Shown here in pieces: positions 1 through 12,734 of a stretch of DNA of 64,000 nt. Numbering within the stretch: position 1 is the first letter of the stretch; every line of letters starts with the position of its first letter. The notes under the pieces are model-generated. The model saw only the letters and a list, made by a program, of their open reading frames with translations. It had not been told where the DNA came from and searched no databases. The DNA comes from Octopus vulgaris. Lineage: Eukaryota. The position numbers and the translations under genes are program-made. The stretch covers positions 151,900,001 through 151,964,000 of the forward strand of contig OX597817.1 in NCBI GenBank assembly GCA_951406725.2. The letters are read 5' to 3'.

Positions 1-301
1 TAGCTAAAATTTTTCACAGCATAAAATATTGTAATTTATATGAAAATCGTTCGTGGATATTATAGACAGAATAAGTAGAAAGAGTGAGAACACCTTATCA
101 CAAACTATGTAGCACCTAAGGCTGTTCTGTTTAGGAATCAATATCCCAGCATTTTATAACATTTAGTCAAATCTTCTAGAACTTTCGATAGACCTATTTA
201 GCAGGAAAATGCACAAAACATAACTCTCAGGTTTACTGATTATTTGGTTATGTACTAGCTGATCTGATTTATCAAACCACGTTCCCGTAGGTATTAATGT
301 C

Positions 302-435
302 CAGTAACGTAGCTGGGAGCGAGCAAAGGAGCTACGCATATGGCTCTGCTGTGTAGACATGTACAGGCTTATGCAAGGCCCCAGGGGTGGCAAACTCAAG
401 AGCTGCCCGTGTGGCACACACATTAGCTACACTTT
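302..435. mobile_element. Degraded hAT-like MITE (same family as 40993-41165)
   Basis: Starts CAGTAACGTAGCT; shares internal CAAACTCAAG...GGCACACAC..TAGCTA with the 41 kb copy. Confidence 0.5.
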
Positions 436-626
436 AGTTAATGCGCTTTATGTGGTAAAAGAGTTAAACCGTGGTCCTAAACTGGAGAATCTGAGATGAT
501 GGTTCAAAATTTAGTAGAAACCTCGCTTTGAGAATTTAAGGTTAGGCTTTGGATTTAGGATTAAGGTTAGAATTAGGTTTAAGATTATGATTATAAAATT
601 TAATAATCCTTTTAAAACTAACAATA

Positions 627-1030
627 GGCGTAGGAGTTGCTGTGTGGTAAGTAGCTTGCTTACCAACCACATGGTTCCGGGTTCAATCCCACTGAGTGGC
701 ACCTTGGGCAAGTGTCTTCTATTATAGCCTCGGGTTGACCAAAGCCTTGTGAGTGTATTTGGTAGACGGAAACTGAAAGAAGCTCGTAGCATATATGTAT
801 ATGTCTGTGTGTGTTTGCTCCCACCCCACCCCACCCAACATCGCTTGACAACCGATGTTGGTGTGTTTACGTCCACGTAACTTAGTGGTTCGGCATAATA
901 GACCGATAGAATAAAGTACTAGGCTTACAAAGAATAAGCCCTGGGAGTCGATTTGCTTGACTAAAAGCGGTGCCCCAGCATGGCCACAGTCAAATGACTG
1001 AAACAAGTAAAAGAGTAAAATAATAAAGAG
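627..1030 (+). mobile_element. tRNA-derived SINE family A, full length
   Basis: Head GGCGTAGGAGT.GCTGTGTGGTAAG...GGTTCAATCCC (A/B-box like), internal (TA/TG)n, tail GACTGAAACAAGTAAAAGAG; more than 20 similar copies in the window. Confidence 0.9.
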
Positions 1031-1309
1031 TAACATTTTAACAGTTTTCTATTTCAAACAGGCTGTACTCGCTATTTCATAACGTTATATGTTTTTTATC
1101 ATGGCTTGACACGCTGTCTGCTTTTCTAAACGTCCGTCTTTTTAAAGGTGCTCCAACCATGACCAATCCATCACTCTATTTTCTTTTTCTTGCATGTTTG
1201 CAGTTTAGCGCTTCTTCAAATACCGTTGGAACTGTGTTTATTTGTAACTTTTTAGGGTACTTTTTGGTTATCTCACCCTCATTAAAAAATTACCATTAAA
1301 AAGATTTTA

Positions 1310-1627
1310 GTCGAACGAATCGACCCCGGTACAATATTTTGCGAGCCTGGTACCTATTCCATTGAAATTTTTTGCTGAACTGCTAAGTTACAGAGACGTA
1401 AACAAACAAACACCGGTTGACAGCCAGTAGAAAGGAACAAACCTAAACACACGCGCACACACATTCATATGACGGCTTCAGCTTCCGTCAGCTAAATTTA
1501 TTCACAAGGTTTTGGTCGGCCCAAGGCTGTAGTGGAAGGTATATGCGCAGTGGAAGGCATATGCACAGTGGAACTGAAACCGGAACCATGTGGTTGTGAA
1601 GCAAACTCCTTACCACACAACTGCCTG
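1310..1627 (-). mobile_element. SINE family A, old diverged copy
   Basis: Reverse-complement similarity (GGAACCATGTGGTTG...CTTACCACACA). Confidence 0.75.
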
Positions 1628-1665
1628 CTTGAAATACACACCAAACATACTTAAACTTTAAAAGT

Positions 1666-2053
1666 GGATGGAAGCACTCCGTCGGTTACGACGACGAGGG
1701 TTTCCGTTGATCCGATCAACGGAACAGCCTGCTCGTGAAATTAACGTATAAGTGGCTGAGCACTCCACAGGCACGTGTACCCTTAATGTAGTTCTCGGGG
1801 ATATTCAGCGTGACACAGAGAGTGACAAGGCCGGCCCTTTTGAAATACAGGTACAACAGAAACAGGAAGTAAGAGTGAGAGAAAGTTGTGGTGAAAGAGT
1901 ACAGCAGGGATCACCGCCATCCCCTGCCGGAGCCTCGTGGAGCTTTAGGTGTTTTCGCTCAATAAACACTCACAACGCCCGGTTTGGGAATCGAAACCGC
2001 GATCCTACGACCGCGAGTCCGCTGCCCTAACCACTGGGCCATTGCCCCTCCAC
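1666..2053 (-). mobile_element. tRNA-derived SINE family B, full length with TSD
   Basis: Head TGGCCCAGTGGTTAGGGCAGCGGACTCGCGGTC...GGTTTCGATTCC on the minus strand; CTTTAAAAGT repeated on both flanks. Confidence 0.9.
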
Positions 2054-2170
2054 GCTTTAAAAGTAACAATTAAATAAAAAGCAAAACGGCAGACAGGGAG
2101 AAAAAGAAAAAAAAAACATTCAAAAATCGGGATCTTTTTAATTTTTTAATGAAAACAATGACTTTTTACT

Positions 2171-2425
2171 GTGGAGGCGCGTGGCTTAGTGGTTAGAGTG
2201 TCAACATCATGATCGTAAGATTGTGGTTTCGATTCCTGGACCGGGCGACGCGTTGTGTTCTTGAGCAAAACACTTCATTTCACGTTGCTCCAGTCCACTC
2301 AGCTGGCAAAAATGAGTAACGCTGTGAAGGACTGGCGTCCCATCCAGCTGGAGAACACATACGCCACGGAAACCGGGAAACGGGGCTCCATGAGCCTGGC
2401 TAGGCTTTAAAAAGGGCGCATTTAT
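2171..2425 (+). mobile_element. SINE family B2
   Basis: GGCGCGTGGCTTAGTGGTTAG...GGTTTCGATTCC head; near-identical copy at 61033-61282. Confidence 0.85.
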
Positions 2426-2430
2426 TTATT

Positions 2431-2697
2431 GTGGAGGTGCAATGGCCCAGTGGTTAGGGTAGCGGACTCGCGGTCAGAGGATTGCGGTTTCGATTCCCGG
2501 ACCGGACGTTGTGTGTGTTTATTGAGCGAAAACACCTAAAAAGCTCCACGAGGCTCCGGTAGGGGGGGTGGCGACCCCTGTTGTACTCTTTCGCCACAAC
2601 TTCCTCTCACTCTCTCTTCCTGCTTCTTGAGTAACGCTGCGATGGACTGGCGTCCCGTCCAGCTGGGGGGAACACATACGCCACAGAAACCGGGCGA
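2431..2697 (+). mobile_element. SINE B head and body with a B2-type tail (chimeric variant)
   Basis: B head, then switches to GAGTAACGCTGCGATGGACTGGCGTCCCGTCCAGCTGG as in B2. Confidence 0.8.
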
Positions 2698-2726
2698 CGT
2701 TTATGGTTTTTTTTATTACTTTCTAC

Positions 2727-3260
2727 TAAGTAACTTTTCTTGCTTCTTTATTGGCAAATTTTTCAATGACATTGCAAAATTTATTTCGTCTGTCGATTGT
2801 CGCTAAGATTTCTAAACTGTAAGGTGTTCGTTGTAGATCTTAAATCATTTTTGATCAGTTTTAGTTCTGAAAAACTCCTCACACACGTAGCAATACTAAC
2901 ATCAACTGTGAGGAAAATCTGCTGCGTTGTTATATTTGGAACCGAGCTTCTAATGTTATACATTTGAATAAACTGCAGAAGTTTAATCGGGCATTCATTC
3001 AACGTTTGTTTCCCATCTTTAAAAGTAACCACAGAGATAAAATGCCGAAGTAGTTTTCTGTCAATGATGAACTCCTCTTTAGCAATATTGTTATGACCTT
3101 TATGTGCTTGACACTCATTATCATCATCCAAAAAATTCATTGTCAACGGAGAAAACGTCGCTGTCCCCAATCGTATGGCGATTGAGTTTCTTGTGATCCT
3201 TCGTCAAATATTTGTTGCTTCATTTTGGGTTGACGCATTGCAAATTTCTTTGGCATTATT
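2727..3260 (-). pseudogene. hAT transposase C-terminal dimerisation-domain remnant (ZMYM1-like class)
   Basis: IFLTVDVSIATCVRSFSELKLIKNDLRST fits the hAT motif LTxPVxxAxxERSFSxLKxIKNxLRST; frameshifted end NVIEKFANKEARKVT*. Confidence 0.8.
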
Positions 3261-5404
3261 AACTCCTTTACTTACTAGCTTGTCCCTTTCGATACACCCT
3301 ATAAGTGTATGTACAGCATAACTAAAAGTGTGGACCGTCCCTCACTCTTCGTCCCCTCACTCCGTTACGTTACTGTCAAAAGGATAGGTTTTTCTTTTTT
3401 CTTACTTTGGGGCCATTATCCGCTTGCACACTACTGAAAATATCGTTTATTAAAGCTACAGGCCGTCCAAAATGTTTATTATAACTACAGGTCAACCAAA
3501 GCCGAGTAACTGAAAATTTGGCGTGAAGAGATTGTGTAGCACTCTGTCAGAGAGAGTGTCGTTGGTCTTGGGAGGTAGACTTAATGCCTCGTGTTTAAAA
3601 TTTAAAAAAACCTCATGGATACTGGGCATCTGTATCTCAGAGGAGCCCACCCTGTTGCAATTATTTGAGGCTAACTTCCATCCTTGTTCCACCACTTTGG
3701 ATTGCTCTCAAAAAGGATTACGGACGTTTCTTTCTTCTCTGATTAAATGATAAAATTAAAAATTGAATTTAACTTTCGATGTTTCTGTTCTTCTTCGTAC
3801 TCCGATATATTCCACAATTAGCTATTTTCTTTAATTATATTTATAGCAATTCACTTAAAGTATTTTTAATTCTGGATAATTTTAATAACTTACGTCACAG
3901 CAGAATTTGCAAATTAGTTCCAGTTCACAGTTGCTTTTGTGAATTTCTAGGACATACATCTGTTCGTGCAGACTTACAACAATGTAAGTAGTTAGCCGAC
4001 CGAATCTATTGCCTCATGTATACAAATCAGAGTCTCCGAGAGAAATTTGACCAGGCAAAACACAACTGCTTTCGGGCCACCGAATGGGTCTTTACTCACA
4101 AAATTCAAGGTACTTATAAATCTTTTCTTTTCTTAGTTTTTGGTACTGTTGAGTCTGGAGAATGGTGGACGTGAAAGAATATTTCAGATTTAAAAGTTTG
4201 TTTCGTGCAGAGTCGCTGCTTGCAGATTTTTCCATGTGCATTTAATTTAACAGACTATGTTATTTTACCGTTTTCTGTGTATTTCTATCGTTGTGGCCAT
4301 TTCGTTTTATTTTTCTTTCTTTTATTTATTTATTTTAATACGAATGAGGGAAATTTGCAAGAAACTTGGCGATTGTTTCTAAGAGATCAACTGGCTATGC
4401 AAAGGCTCCTTCGTAGGCTCGTCAATTAACAGTTTTGTTTATATTTAATTTTATTAGTTTTACACGTTACGTTTTTGTATCGCGAGATCTCAACCACATG
4501 ATGTCGCGCCTTGGCGACTGCTTCAACTGACGATACCGTCAGTCGGCGTTTTTCCGTGCAACACCTTTTATTTGTTCAAATACATGTTATTGGCTTGTAG
4601 TGACGCCTGGTTTCGTATTTTTGTGTCTAACTACCAGCCCTGCTGCTTCCACACCAAGACATCCAGGCTACCGATGTCCAGAGATGAAATGTTTATACAG
4701 GCGAAATAAATTATTATTGTCATTTGTTCGGAGAGATCTTGTCCTCGCCTTTTCCTTCCATGAACTATGTATGGAATTGTGAAGCACCCATCCAGTGCCA
4801 ACTCATTTCCTACAAGCTCAATCGTTTTGTCATTCTGTTAGTTCTAACGTGTCGTTTGTTGACTGGCCTCAGGTTAGTCCTCATCGACCAATGGTCAAAG
4901 CCACAAAGGTTTCGACCTTTTTTTTTTTTTTTTTTTAGAAATAGTAAATACCTTGGTCTTCGTGATTCAATGTTTCCTTTATCAAAGCGGCTAAACCTAA
5001 ATTTAATCTCCAAAACAGAAAATTTACAAAATGAAAATTTAAGTTGTTTTGTATACATTCGAAAATATGCATTTCTAAAAAGGGGTACTTTTTGGTCATC
5101 TCAACCCCATTAAAAAATTGAGTTATCTCCCCCGCCCCCGTTTTATGAGAAATAGCGGTACTTTTGGTTATCACTTTCAACTAAAAAAATTGTTTGACCC
5201 TCAATAAAACAAACAAAAAATGAGTGGCTGTGTGGTAAGTAGCTTGCTTACCAACCACATGGTTCTGGGTTCAGTCCCACTGCGTGGCACCTTGGACAAG
5301 TGTCTTCTACTATAGTCTCGGGCCGACCAAAGTCTTGTGAGTGGATTTGGTAGGCGGAAACTGAAAGAAGCCCGTCGTATATATGTATATATATATATAT
5401 ATAT

Positions 5405-5700
5405 AATGGGAAGGTTTACGAAAATAAACAAAAGACGAAGGCAGGTGGAGTACAAACAAACAAATGTAATAGTATGGCGCTCAGGAATAGAAATAGAACA
5501 AGTCTTTCACGTTTCGAGCCTACGCTCTTCGACAGAAAGATACACAGAAAAAAATAACAAGGAGAGAAAAATGCGTGTAGGAGCTAACAATCTATCATGG
5601 TGTTCTGACTTCAGGTAGAGGTCAGATGTTAGACGCTAGAGGGACAGTAGGGGAGATAACAGGGTCAAGTGACTTCCAAAATGAAGGTGGCCCCAACACA
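5405..5700 (-). mobile_element. Penelope-like/retrozyme-like terminal module in (TA)n, copy 1 of 3
   Basis: Homologous to 23571-23815 and 38240-38430; all abut (TA)n or (TA)n(GA)n and carry a hammerhead-like motif. Confidence 0.65.
5503..5540 (-). ncRNA. Minimal type I hammerhead-ribozyme-like motif (variant core CUGUCGA)
   Basis: Minus strand: ucuuu CUGUCGA a GAGC guag GCUC GAAA CG UG aaaga; stem I ucuuu/aaaga, palindromic ACGU stem III; G at the cleavage position, so probably inactive. Confidence 0.6.
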
Positions 5701-6296
5701 AAGGTGTGTGTGTGTATAAGAGAGTATGTATGTGCGTGTGAAAGAGGGCTGGTGGTCTGGACGTGTGTATGTATGTATGTGTGGGTGTGGAGATATGGGG
5801 ATGGGTGTCTGGGTGGTGTGTTGTGATGTGATATGTGTAGGTGTAAAGATGTGGTGATGGGTGTGGTGTGTGTGTATATGTTTGTGTATCTGTGTTTGTC
5901 CCCCCACCATCGCTTGTGTGTTTACGTCCCCGTAACTTAGCGGTTCGGCATAAGAGACCGATAGAATAAGTACTCGGCTTACAAAGAATAAGTCCTGGGG
6001 TCGATTTGCTTGACTAAAGGCGGTGCTCCAGCCTGGCCGCAGTCAAATGACAAAACAAAAGTAAAAGATAAATCATATTTGAGTATGTGAAAGTAATATT
6101 ATAACGGTACCCATGGTAGTTACTAATAATTTGGTTTGATTTTGTTATTACAAATGATATGACTTGATGTAAACACTAACCCTCCTCTCCTAACTTCATT
6201 TACGCGGATTCTTTGGCCAAGATTAGGGGTAGTTTGTTGCATTTAACTTGAGTCGAAAACTCTAGTACAGTGCGTCGCTTCTAAACAACACACAAT

Positions 6297-6461
6297 GGAG
6301 TGGCTGTGTGGTAAGTAGCTTGTTTACCAACCACATGGTTCTGGGTTCAGTCCCACTGCATGACACCTTGGGCAAGTGTCTTCTACTATAACCTCAGGCT
6401 GACCAAACCCTTGTGAGTGGATTTGGTAGACAGAAACTGAAAGAAGCCCATCGTATATATG

Positions 6462-6492
<31 letters not shown>

Positions 6493-6780
6493 CTGTGTTT
6501 GTCCCCCCAAAGCCTTGTGAGTGGATTTGGTAGTCGGAAACTGAAAAATGCCTGTCGTGTGTGTGTGTGTGTGTGTGTCAGTGTTTGTCCCCCCAACATC
6601 GCTTGACAACCGATGCTGCTGCGTTTACGTCCCGGTAACTTAGCGGTTCGGCATAAGAGACTGATAGAATAAGTACTAGGCTTACAAAGAATAAGTCCTG
6701 TGGTCGATTTGCTCGACTAAAGGCGGTGCTCCAGCCTGGCTGCAGTCAAATGACTGAAACAAGAAAAAGAATAAAAGAAT
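6297..6780 (+). mobile_element. SINE family A with internal tandem duplication of the central block
   Basis: CCAAAGCCTTGTGAGTGGATTTGG...GTTTGTCCCCCC occurs twice (about 6403-6507 and 6507-6594). Confidence 0.85.
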
Positions 6781-6859
6781 ATATATATAAATATTTATTT
6801 ATTCATTTATACGCATACATATATGCATACTTACATACATACAAACAGACAGACAGACA

Positions 6860-7956
6860 GAAGAGAAACTGTGTACTGTTGTAGAAATTAGCTGCCCAGT
6901 GGATGTTAACATAAAGCTAAAGATCAGTGAAAAAGAGAATACTTAGGCTGAACTATTGAGAAATCTGCAGTTACTCTATCTAGGTTACAAGTTCAGGTTT
7001 ATACCTGTAATTATTGAGGCCCTGGAATATGTAACACTGCCTAAATACCAACCTTCTCAAAACCAGAAAGGAGAAAGCTAATTCGAAGACTATAGATCCA
7101 ATCCATCACTGCAACTGTAAAAATCTGTAAAACTTTCCAGAAGTCTATCATTTAAATATATATAAGCATGTCTAGATATGGAAGTATATGCATGAGAATA
7201 CATACATACAGCAAAACGTACAAATCTGCACACATACATACATACATACATACATACATACATACATACATACATACATACATACATACATACATACATA
7301 CATACATACATACAACTACAGCTACTCTATCCAGATTACAAGTTCAGGATTATACCTGTAATTATTGGAATTCTGGGATATGTAACACACAGCCTAAATA
7401 CCAATCTTGAGAAATTAGGCTTCTCAAAACCGGAAAGGAGAACGCTAATTCGAAGGCTACATACAGATCCAATCCATCACTGGAACTGTAAAAATCTGCA
7501 AAACTTTCCAGAAGTTTATCATTTAAGTATATATGAGCATGTCTAGATATGTAACTCTATCGTGGCACTCCGTCGGTTACGACGACGAGGGTTCCAGTTG
7601 ATCCGATCAGCAGAGAAGATTCAGCGTGACACAGAATGTGACAAGGCTGGCCCTTTGAAATACAGGTACAACAGAAACAGGAAGAGTGAAAGAAAGTTGT
7701 GGTGAAAGAGTACAGCAGGGTTGGCCACCATTCCCTGCCCGAGCCTCGTGGAGCTTTAGGTACTTTCACTCAATAAACACTCACAACGCCCAGTCTGGGA
7801 ATCGAAACTACGATCCCACGAGTCTGCTACCCTAACCACCATTGCACTTCCACTATGAAACTCTAGGCATGAGAATACATACATAAAACAAACAAATCTG
7901 CACATACACACATACACACATACATACATACATACATACATACATACATACATACA

Positions 7957-7990
<34 letters not shown>

Positions 7991-8225
7991 CATACAATCA
8001 AAAATACCCTGTTGTTGATGTTGAAATTCCAATGAAGGAGCCTTGAATTTAGGTTAGAAACCGATTCTTTCTCTGTTGGCAAGAAATCTTGAAATAAACT
8101 GAATAATGACATACATACATACATACATACATACAAAAATACCCTGTTGTTGATATTGAAATTCCAATGAAGGAGCCTTGGATCTAGGTTAGAAATCTTG
8201 AAATAAAACTGGTTAATGACATACA
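6860..8225 (+). mobile_element. Stack of 5'-truncated R4/Dong-like (RLE) non-LTR retrotransposon 3' ends in (CATA)n
   Basis: Decayed translation TVVEISCPVDVNIKLKISEKEN..ELLRNLQLLY..YKFRFIPVII.AL...LEKLGFSKPERRKLIRRLQIQSITGTVKICKTFQKFII*, a restriction-like endonuclease C-terminus; 3' UTRs end in (CATA)n. Confidence 0.75.
7565..7852 (-). mobile_element. SINE family B, internally deleted, inserted in the R4-like 3' UTR
   Basis: Matches 1666-2053 with a deletion; AACTCTA on both flanks. Confidence 0.8.
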
Positions 8226-9029
8226 TGGAGAGAGTCACGTATGTATGTTGGCCAAGAATTAAATACGTACATCTTCGTGTGGGGTGGGAGATGACAATTA
8301 AGAATGTCCTGTTTCAGTACCTAGAGAATTGAGAATATTGCGTTCATGGTAGACGAATGATTCTTTTTAACCCAAGGTCGAGCAGCCGGCCAAGAATCCT
8401 GTATTTCTCTCTCTTCTCAGGAACGTCTCTCAACCTGTATTTCATGCATCTCGTCTCTCTGCACACGCAAGCTTGGCGCGCATCTCAATTTAAGGTCATA
8501 TTTTGGCGGGAAGCCACGGAATACTAAACCTACTAAATTAGGAGGTTCTCAATCACATATATCTTTGATTAATGTTTTATTCCGGTGGCCTCTCATAACC
8601 ATTCAATGTTTAAAAACTAGTTCTATAGATACTTCTTTTAAAATTTCCTATTTTGTCTTTCACGCCTTAACTTGTTTAAGGTGAACTATGTTCGATAAAG
8701 AAACCTAGCTGTTTTCGTAATACATACCAATACACATATCTAAAGCAAAAGTTTTTTCAGGGGCCCTCAAGATATTATTGTTGATCCCAATTTGCTATTT
8801 TGTTGCATGGAAACTCCCCCACCACCACCACCAAAAAAGAAATCTTTTTTGGACCCTAAGGGGCCATATAGACCCTGGTTGCGAACTACTGTACTAAACA
8901 ATAATTAAAAGAGTAGGTAACTCGGTTAATCAAAGAGCTAAAAGATTCCTCACTAAAACCGACAGAGATCCATTTATGTAACTTGATCAACAAATATCAA
9001 ATTTCCTTTCCATGTCATACAGATTTATA

Positions 9030-9184
9030 AGGGCTGGTTTCCCAGTTTCCATCGAGTATAAATTTCCCACCTGGACGGGACGCCGGTCCATTGCAGGATT
9101 ATTCATTTTTGCCAGCTGAGTAGACTGGAGCAACGTACTCAAGAACACAACGCGTTGCCCAGTCCAGGAATCGAAACCACAATC
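9030..9184 (-). mobile_element. SINE family B2 fragment
   Basis: Reverse complement of the 2171 copy (GCCAGCTGAGT.GACTGGAGCAACG...GGAATCGAAACCAC). Confidence 0.75.
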
Positions 9185-9197
9185 TTTTTTTTTTCAT

Positions 9198-9784
9198 ACT
9201 CTAGGCACAAGGCTCGAAATTTTTGGCGAGGGGGTTCAGTACGCAACTGGTACTTAATTTATCGACCTCGAAAGGATGAAAGGCAAAGTCGACATGGTGG
9301 AATTTGAACTCAGCACGTAAAGATAGACGAAATACCGCAAAGCATTTCGCCCGATGCGCTAATGTTTCTTATTTCTTTATTTCCACAAGGGGCTAAACAT
9401 GGCGGGGACAAACAAGGACAGACAAACGGATTAAGTCGATTACATCGACCCTAGTACGTAACTGGTACTCAATTTATCGACCCCGAAAGGATGAAAGGCA
9501 AAGTCGACCTCGGAGGAATTTGAACTCAGAACGTAACGACAGACGAAATACCTATTTCTTTACTACCCACAAGGGGCTAAACACAGAGAGGACAAACAAG
9601 GATTGACAAAGGGATTAAGTCGATTATATCGACCCCAGTGCGTAACTGGTACTTATTTAATCGACCCCGAAAGGATGAAAGGCAAAGTCGTCCTCGGCGG
9701 AATTTGAACTCAGAACGTTGCGGCTAACGAAATACCGCTAAGCCTTTCGCCCGGCGTGCTAACGTTTCTGCCAGCTCGCCGCCT
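9198..9784 (-). mobile_element. SINE family C, three stacked units
   Basis: Repeated CGACCCCGAAAGGATGAAAGGCAAAGTCGACCTCGGCGGAATTTGAACTC; head GGCGGCGAGCTGGCAGAAACGTTAG at the right end. Confidence 0.88.
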
Positions 9785-9903
9785 TACACACACACACACA
9801 CATACACACACACACACACGTATATACATTATATAAATGTGTGCGAAGGTGTGCTTGTTGAGGGTGCGTGCGTCCGCGCGTGTGCGTGTGTATGTTGTGT
9901 GTA

Positions 9904-10317
9904 GGCGTAGACCTGGCGGCTGTGTGGTTAAGTATCTTGCTTCCTAACCACGCGGTCTTGGGTTCAGTCCCACTGCGTGGCACTTCGTGCCAGTGTCTTC
10001 AGCTATAGCCTCGGGTCGACTAAAGACTTGTGAGTAGATTTGATAGATAGAAACTGAAAGAAGCTCGTTGTATAGGCGCGCGTGTTTTTGTGTGTGTGTG
10101 TGTGAGCGCGTGCGTTGTTTTGTCTGTTCCCCACCACCGTTTGACAAGTGATGTTGGTTTGTTTACATCCCCGTAACTTAGCAGCTCGACACAAGGTGCC
10201 CATAGATTAAATGCTAGACTTCAAAAGATAAGTACTGGAGTCGATCTGTTTTGCGAAAACACTTCGAGGCTCTAGCATGGCCGCAGTTTAATGTCTGAAA
10301 CAAGCTAAAAGATAAAA
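9904..10317 (+). mobile_element. SINE family A, diverged
   Basis: Colinear similarity to 627-1030. Confidence 0.8.
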
Positions 10318-10717
10318 ATTATTCCATCCCTTTTTACAACCTTTTACAACCATAACCCCTCCCCACTACACACACACACCTTTCTTCGTCTTTAGAGACT
10401 TGGATTTTGTTTACATTCCTGCTTTTGTGTGCGGTGGGTGGAATATACACAGCCATGTGTCTGTTTTCGTTTTCTATCATTGATAAAAACCCCATCAGCC
10501 AACCGATGAAGCCGTCAATGGGGCTCCAGCTGTTTTTTTCTTCCTCTTTTTTCTTTTTCTTACTCACAGCGGGGTTTGGAGCAAAAAACATTTTGGTGGG
10601 GGTTTGTGTAAAAACTAGAAAAATTTTACTCAAGAAAAAAAATGTTTTTTATTCTAGTAAATAACTGTACATATTTGTTTTAAATCTCTGAGCGAGATAT
10701 GCCTAGATATGCAAGTA

Positions 10718-11555
10718 CTAGCTGACGTACCCGGTAATTCCCGGGAAAGAGGGGCTTATCTCTTGGTTCCGTTTTCATAATTGTTTCGCTAATCCAATAA
10801 TAACAATACAAAGTATATAGCCCTTTAAATGGTTTTTGTGCATTTACAGAGTATACTGAAATGTCTTACACAGTATTTCGTTTCTAGGAAATCCCAATAA
10901 ATTATGAATACCGAAATTGTGAAGACAGTTATGTAATAACATGAAATTTGTTACCCGATAGTAAGAATCCAAATAAAGTAGATCCGAAAAGGGCTTTAAT
11001 GCATTCCCAGACTATATAGAACTTAGGAGGAAATACTAATAAGGTATGTCTACTAAAATCGCGAAGCATGTTACGCAATAACAGGCTAATCAGATATGGG
11101 ATAATAATTCAAAGTAAATAACTCTGGAAAGGGGTTTTTTGCGTTCCCAAAGAATATTACCCTCAGCGGCGCTAGTGTTGATATATTCGTGAATAAGTCA
11201 CTAACCGAAATAAGTGGATCTATTGTTTAGGAAAATACTATTTAGTTGTTTCAGTGTTGCACTGTATAAATTGCGAAAACATCTCAGTTCAAATACTAAG
11301 AAATAAGCATACTCAATTTGATTTATACCAAATGATTTAGGAAAATGAATGGGTTATTTCCCTTGGCTATATATAAGGACCTCTTCCGGGGTCCCTATTA
11401 TCGATTGTTTTCAACAATCTGAGTATGCTATGAGGTTTCCAGACATGACTTCTACTCACGCGTCAAGTTTCATCAAAATCGATAAAACGATATAGAAGTT
11501 AGCTATCAACTCCACAAACACACCCACAGACATAATTTCCCTCTTATGTAGTAGA
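10718..11555 (-). mobile_element. Non-autonomous Helitron
   Basis: Minus strand 5'-TC...CCCGGGAATTACCGGG hairpin...CTAG-3', A|T target, no TSD; splits an R4-like 3' UTR (CTAGATATGCAAGTA | TATGCA). Confidence 0.7.
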
Positions 11556-12164
11556 TATGCAACATAAAACAAAACATGCAAATCTGCACATATACATAAC
11601 ACACATAACATACGTACATACACACATGCATACATACATACATACATACATACATACATACATACATACATACATACATACATACATACATACATACATG
11701 CATGCATACATAGGTTTCTCAAAACCAGAAAGGAGAAAGCTAATTCGAAGACTACAGATCCAATCCATCACTAGAACTGTAAAAACCTGTAAAACTTTTA
11801 TCATTTAAATATATATGAGCATGTCTAGATATGCAACTATATGCATGCGAATACATACATAAAACATACGTACTAACAAAAATATCTTGTTGTTGATATT
11901 GAAATTCTAATGAAGGAACCTTGAATCTAGGTTAGAAACGGGCTTTCTCTATTGGCAAGAAATCCTGAAATAAAACTGAACAATGACATACATACATACC
12001 TACATACATACCTACATACATACATACATACATACATACATACATACATACATACCTTGTTGTTGATGTTGAAATTCCAGTGATGGAGCCTTGGATCTAG
12101 GTTAGAAATTGACCCTTTCTCTATTGGTAAGAAATCTTGAAATAAACTGGTTAATGACATACAT
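11556..12164 (+). mobile_element. Second stack of R4/Dong-like 3' ends in (CATA)n
   Basis: GFSKPERRKLIRRLQIQSITRTVKTCKTF plus repeated 3' UTR matching 6860-8225. Confidence 0.75.
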
Positions 12165-12359
12165 GTAGAGAGTCACGTATGTATGTTGGCCAAGAATTAA
12201 ATACGTACATCTTCGTGTGGGGTGGGAGATGACAATTAAGAATGTCTTGTGTCAGAGAAGTGATATTGTTTAAACTACAGAAAATTGTTAGGCAGGACTA
12301 GTTTGGAATTTTGTTTGTTTGAATTATCTCACAGGTTTTATTTTTAAAATTCTGCATAA

Positions 12360-12639
12360 CATGGCTATGTGGTAAGAGGCTTGCTCCCCAACTACATGGT
12401 TCTGTGTTCGGTCCCATTGCATGGCACCTTGAGCAAGTGCCTTTTACCATAGCTTTGGGCCGACCAAAGCCTTGTGAGTAGATTTGGTAGACGGAAACTG
12501 AAAGCCGCCCGTCGAATATATATATATATGCATGTATATCTATGTGTATGAGTCTTTCGTATGTGTTTGTCCCCCCCCCCACCACCGCTTGATAACTGGT
12601 GTTGGCGTGTTTGCATCCCTGTAACTTAGCGGTTCGGCA

Positions 12640-12640
<1 letters not shown>
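12360..12640 (+). mobile_element. SINE family A, 3'-truncated, runs into (TG)n 12642-12731
   Basis: Similarity to family A. Confidence 0.8.

Positions 12641-12734
<94 letters not shown>

Larger units (their letters stand above)
5222..6070 (+). mobile_element. SINE family A interrupted in its microsatellite by a ~450-bp insert
   Basis: 5' half 5222-5400, 3' half about 5870-6070. Confidence 0.85.

Noticed and set aside
3951-3983. Possible 33-nt plus-strand micro-exon (ttctag|...|gtaagt)
   Set aside because: No partner exons; such sites arise by chance in 64 kb
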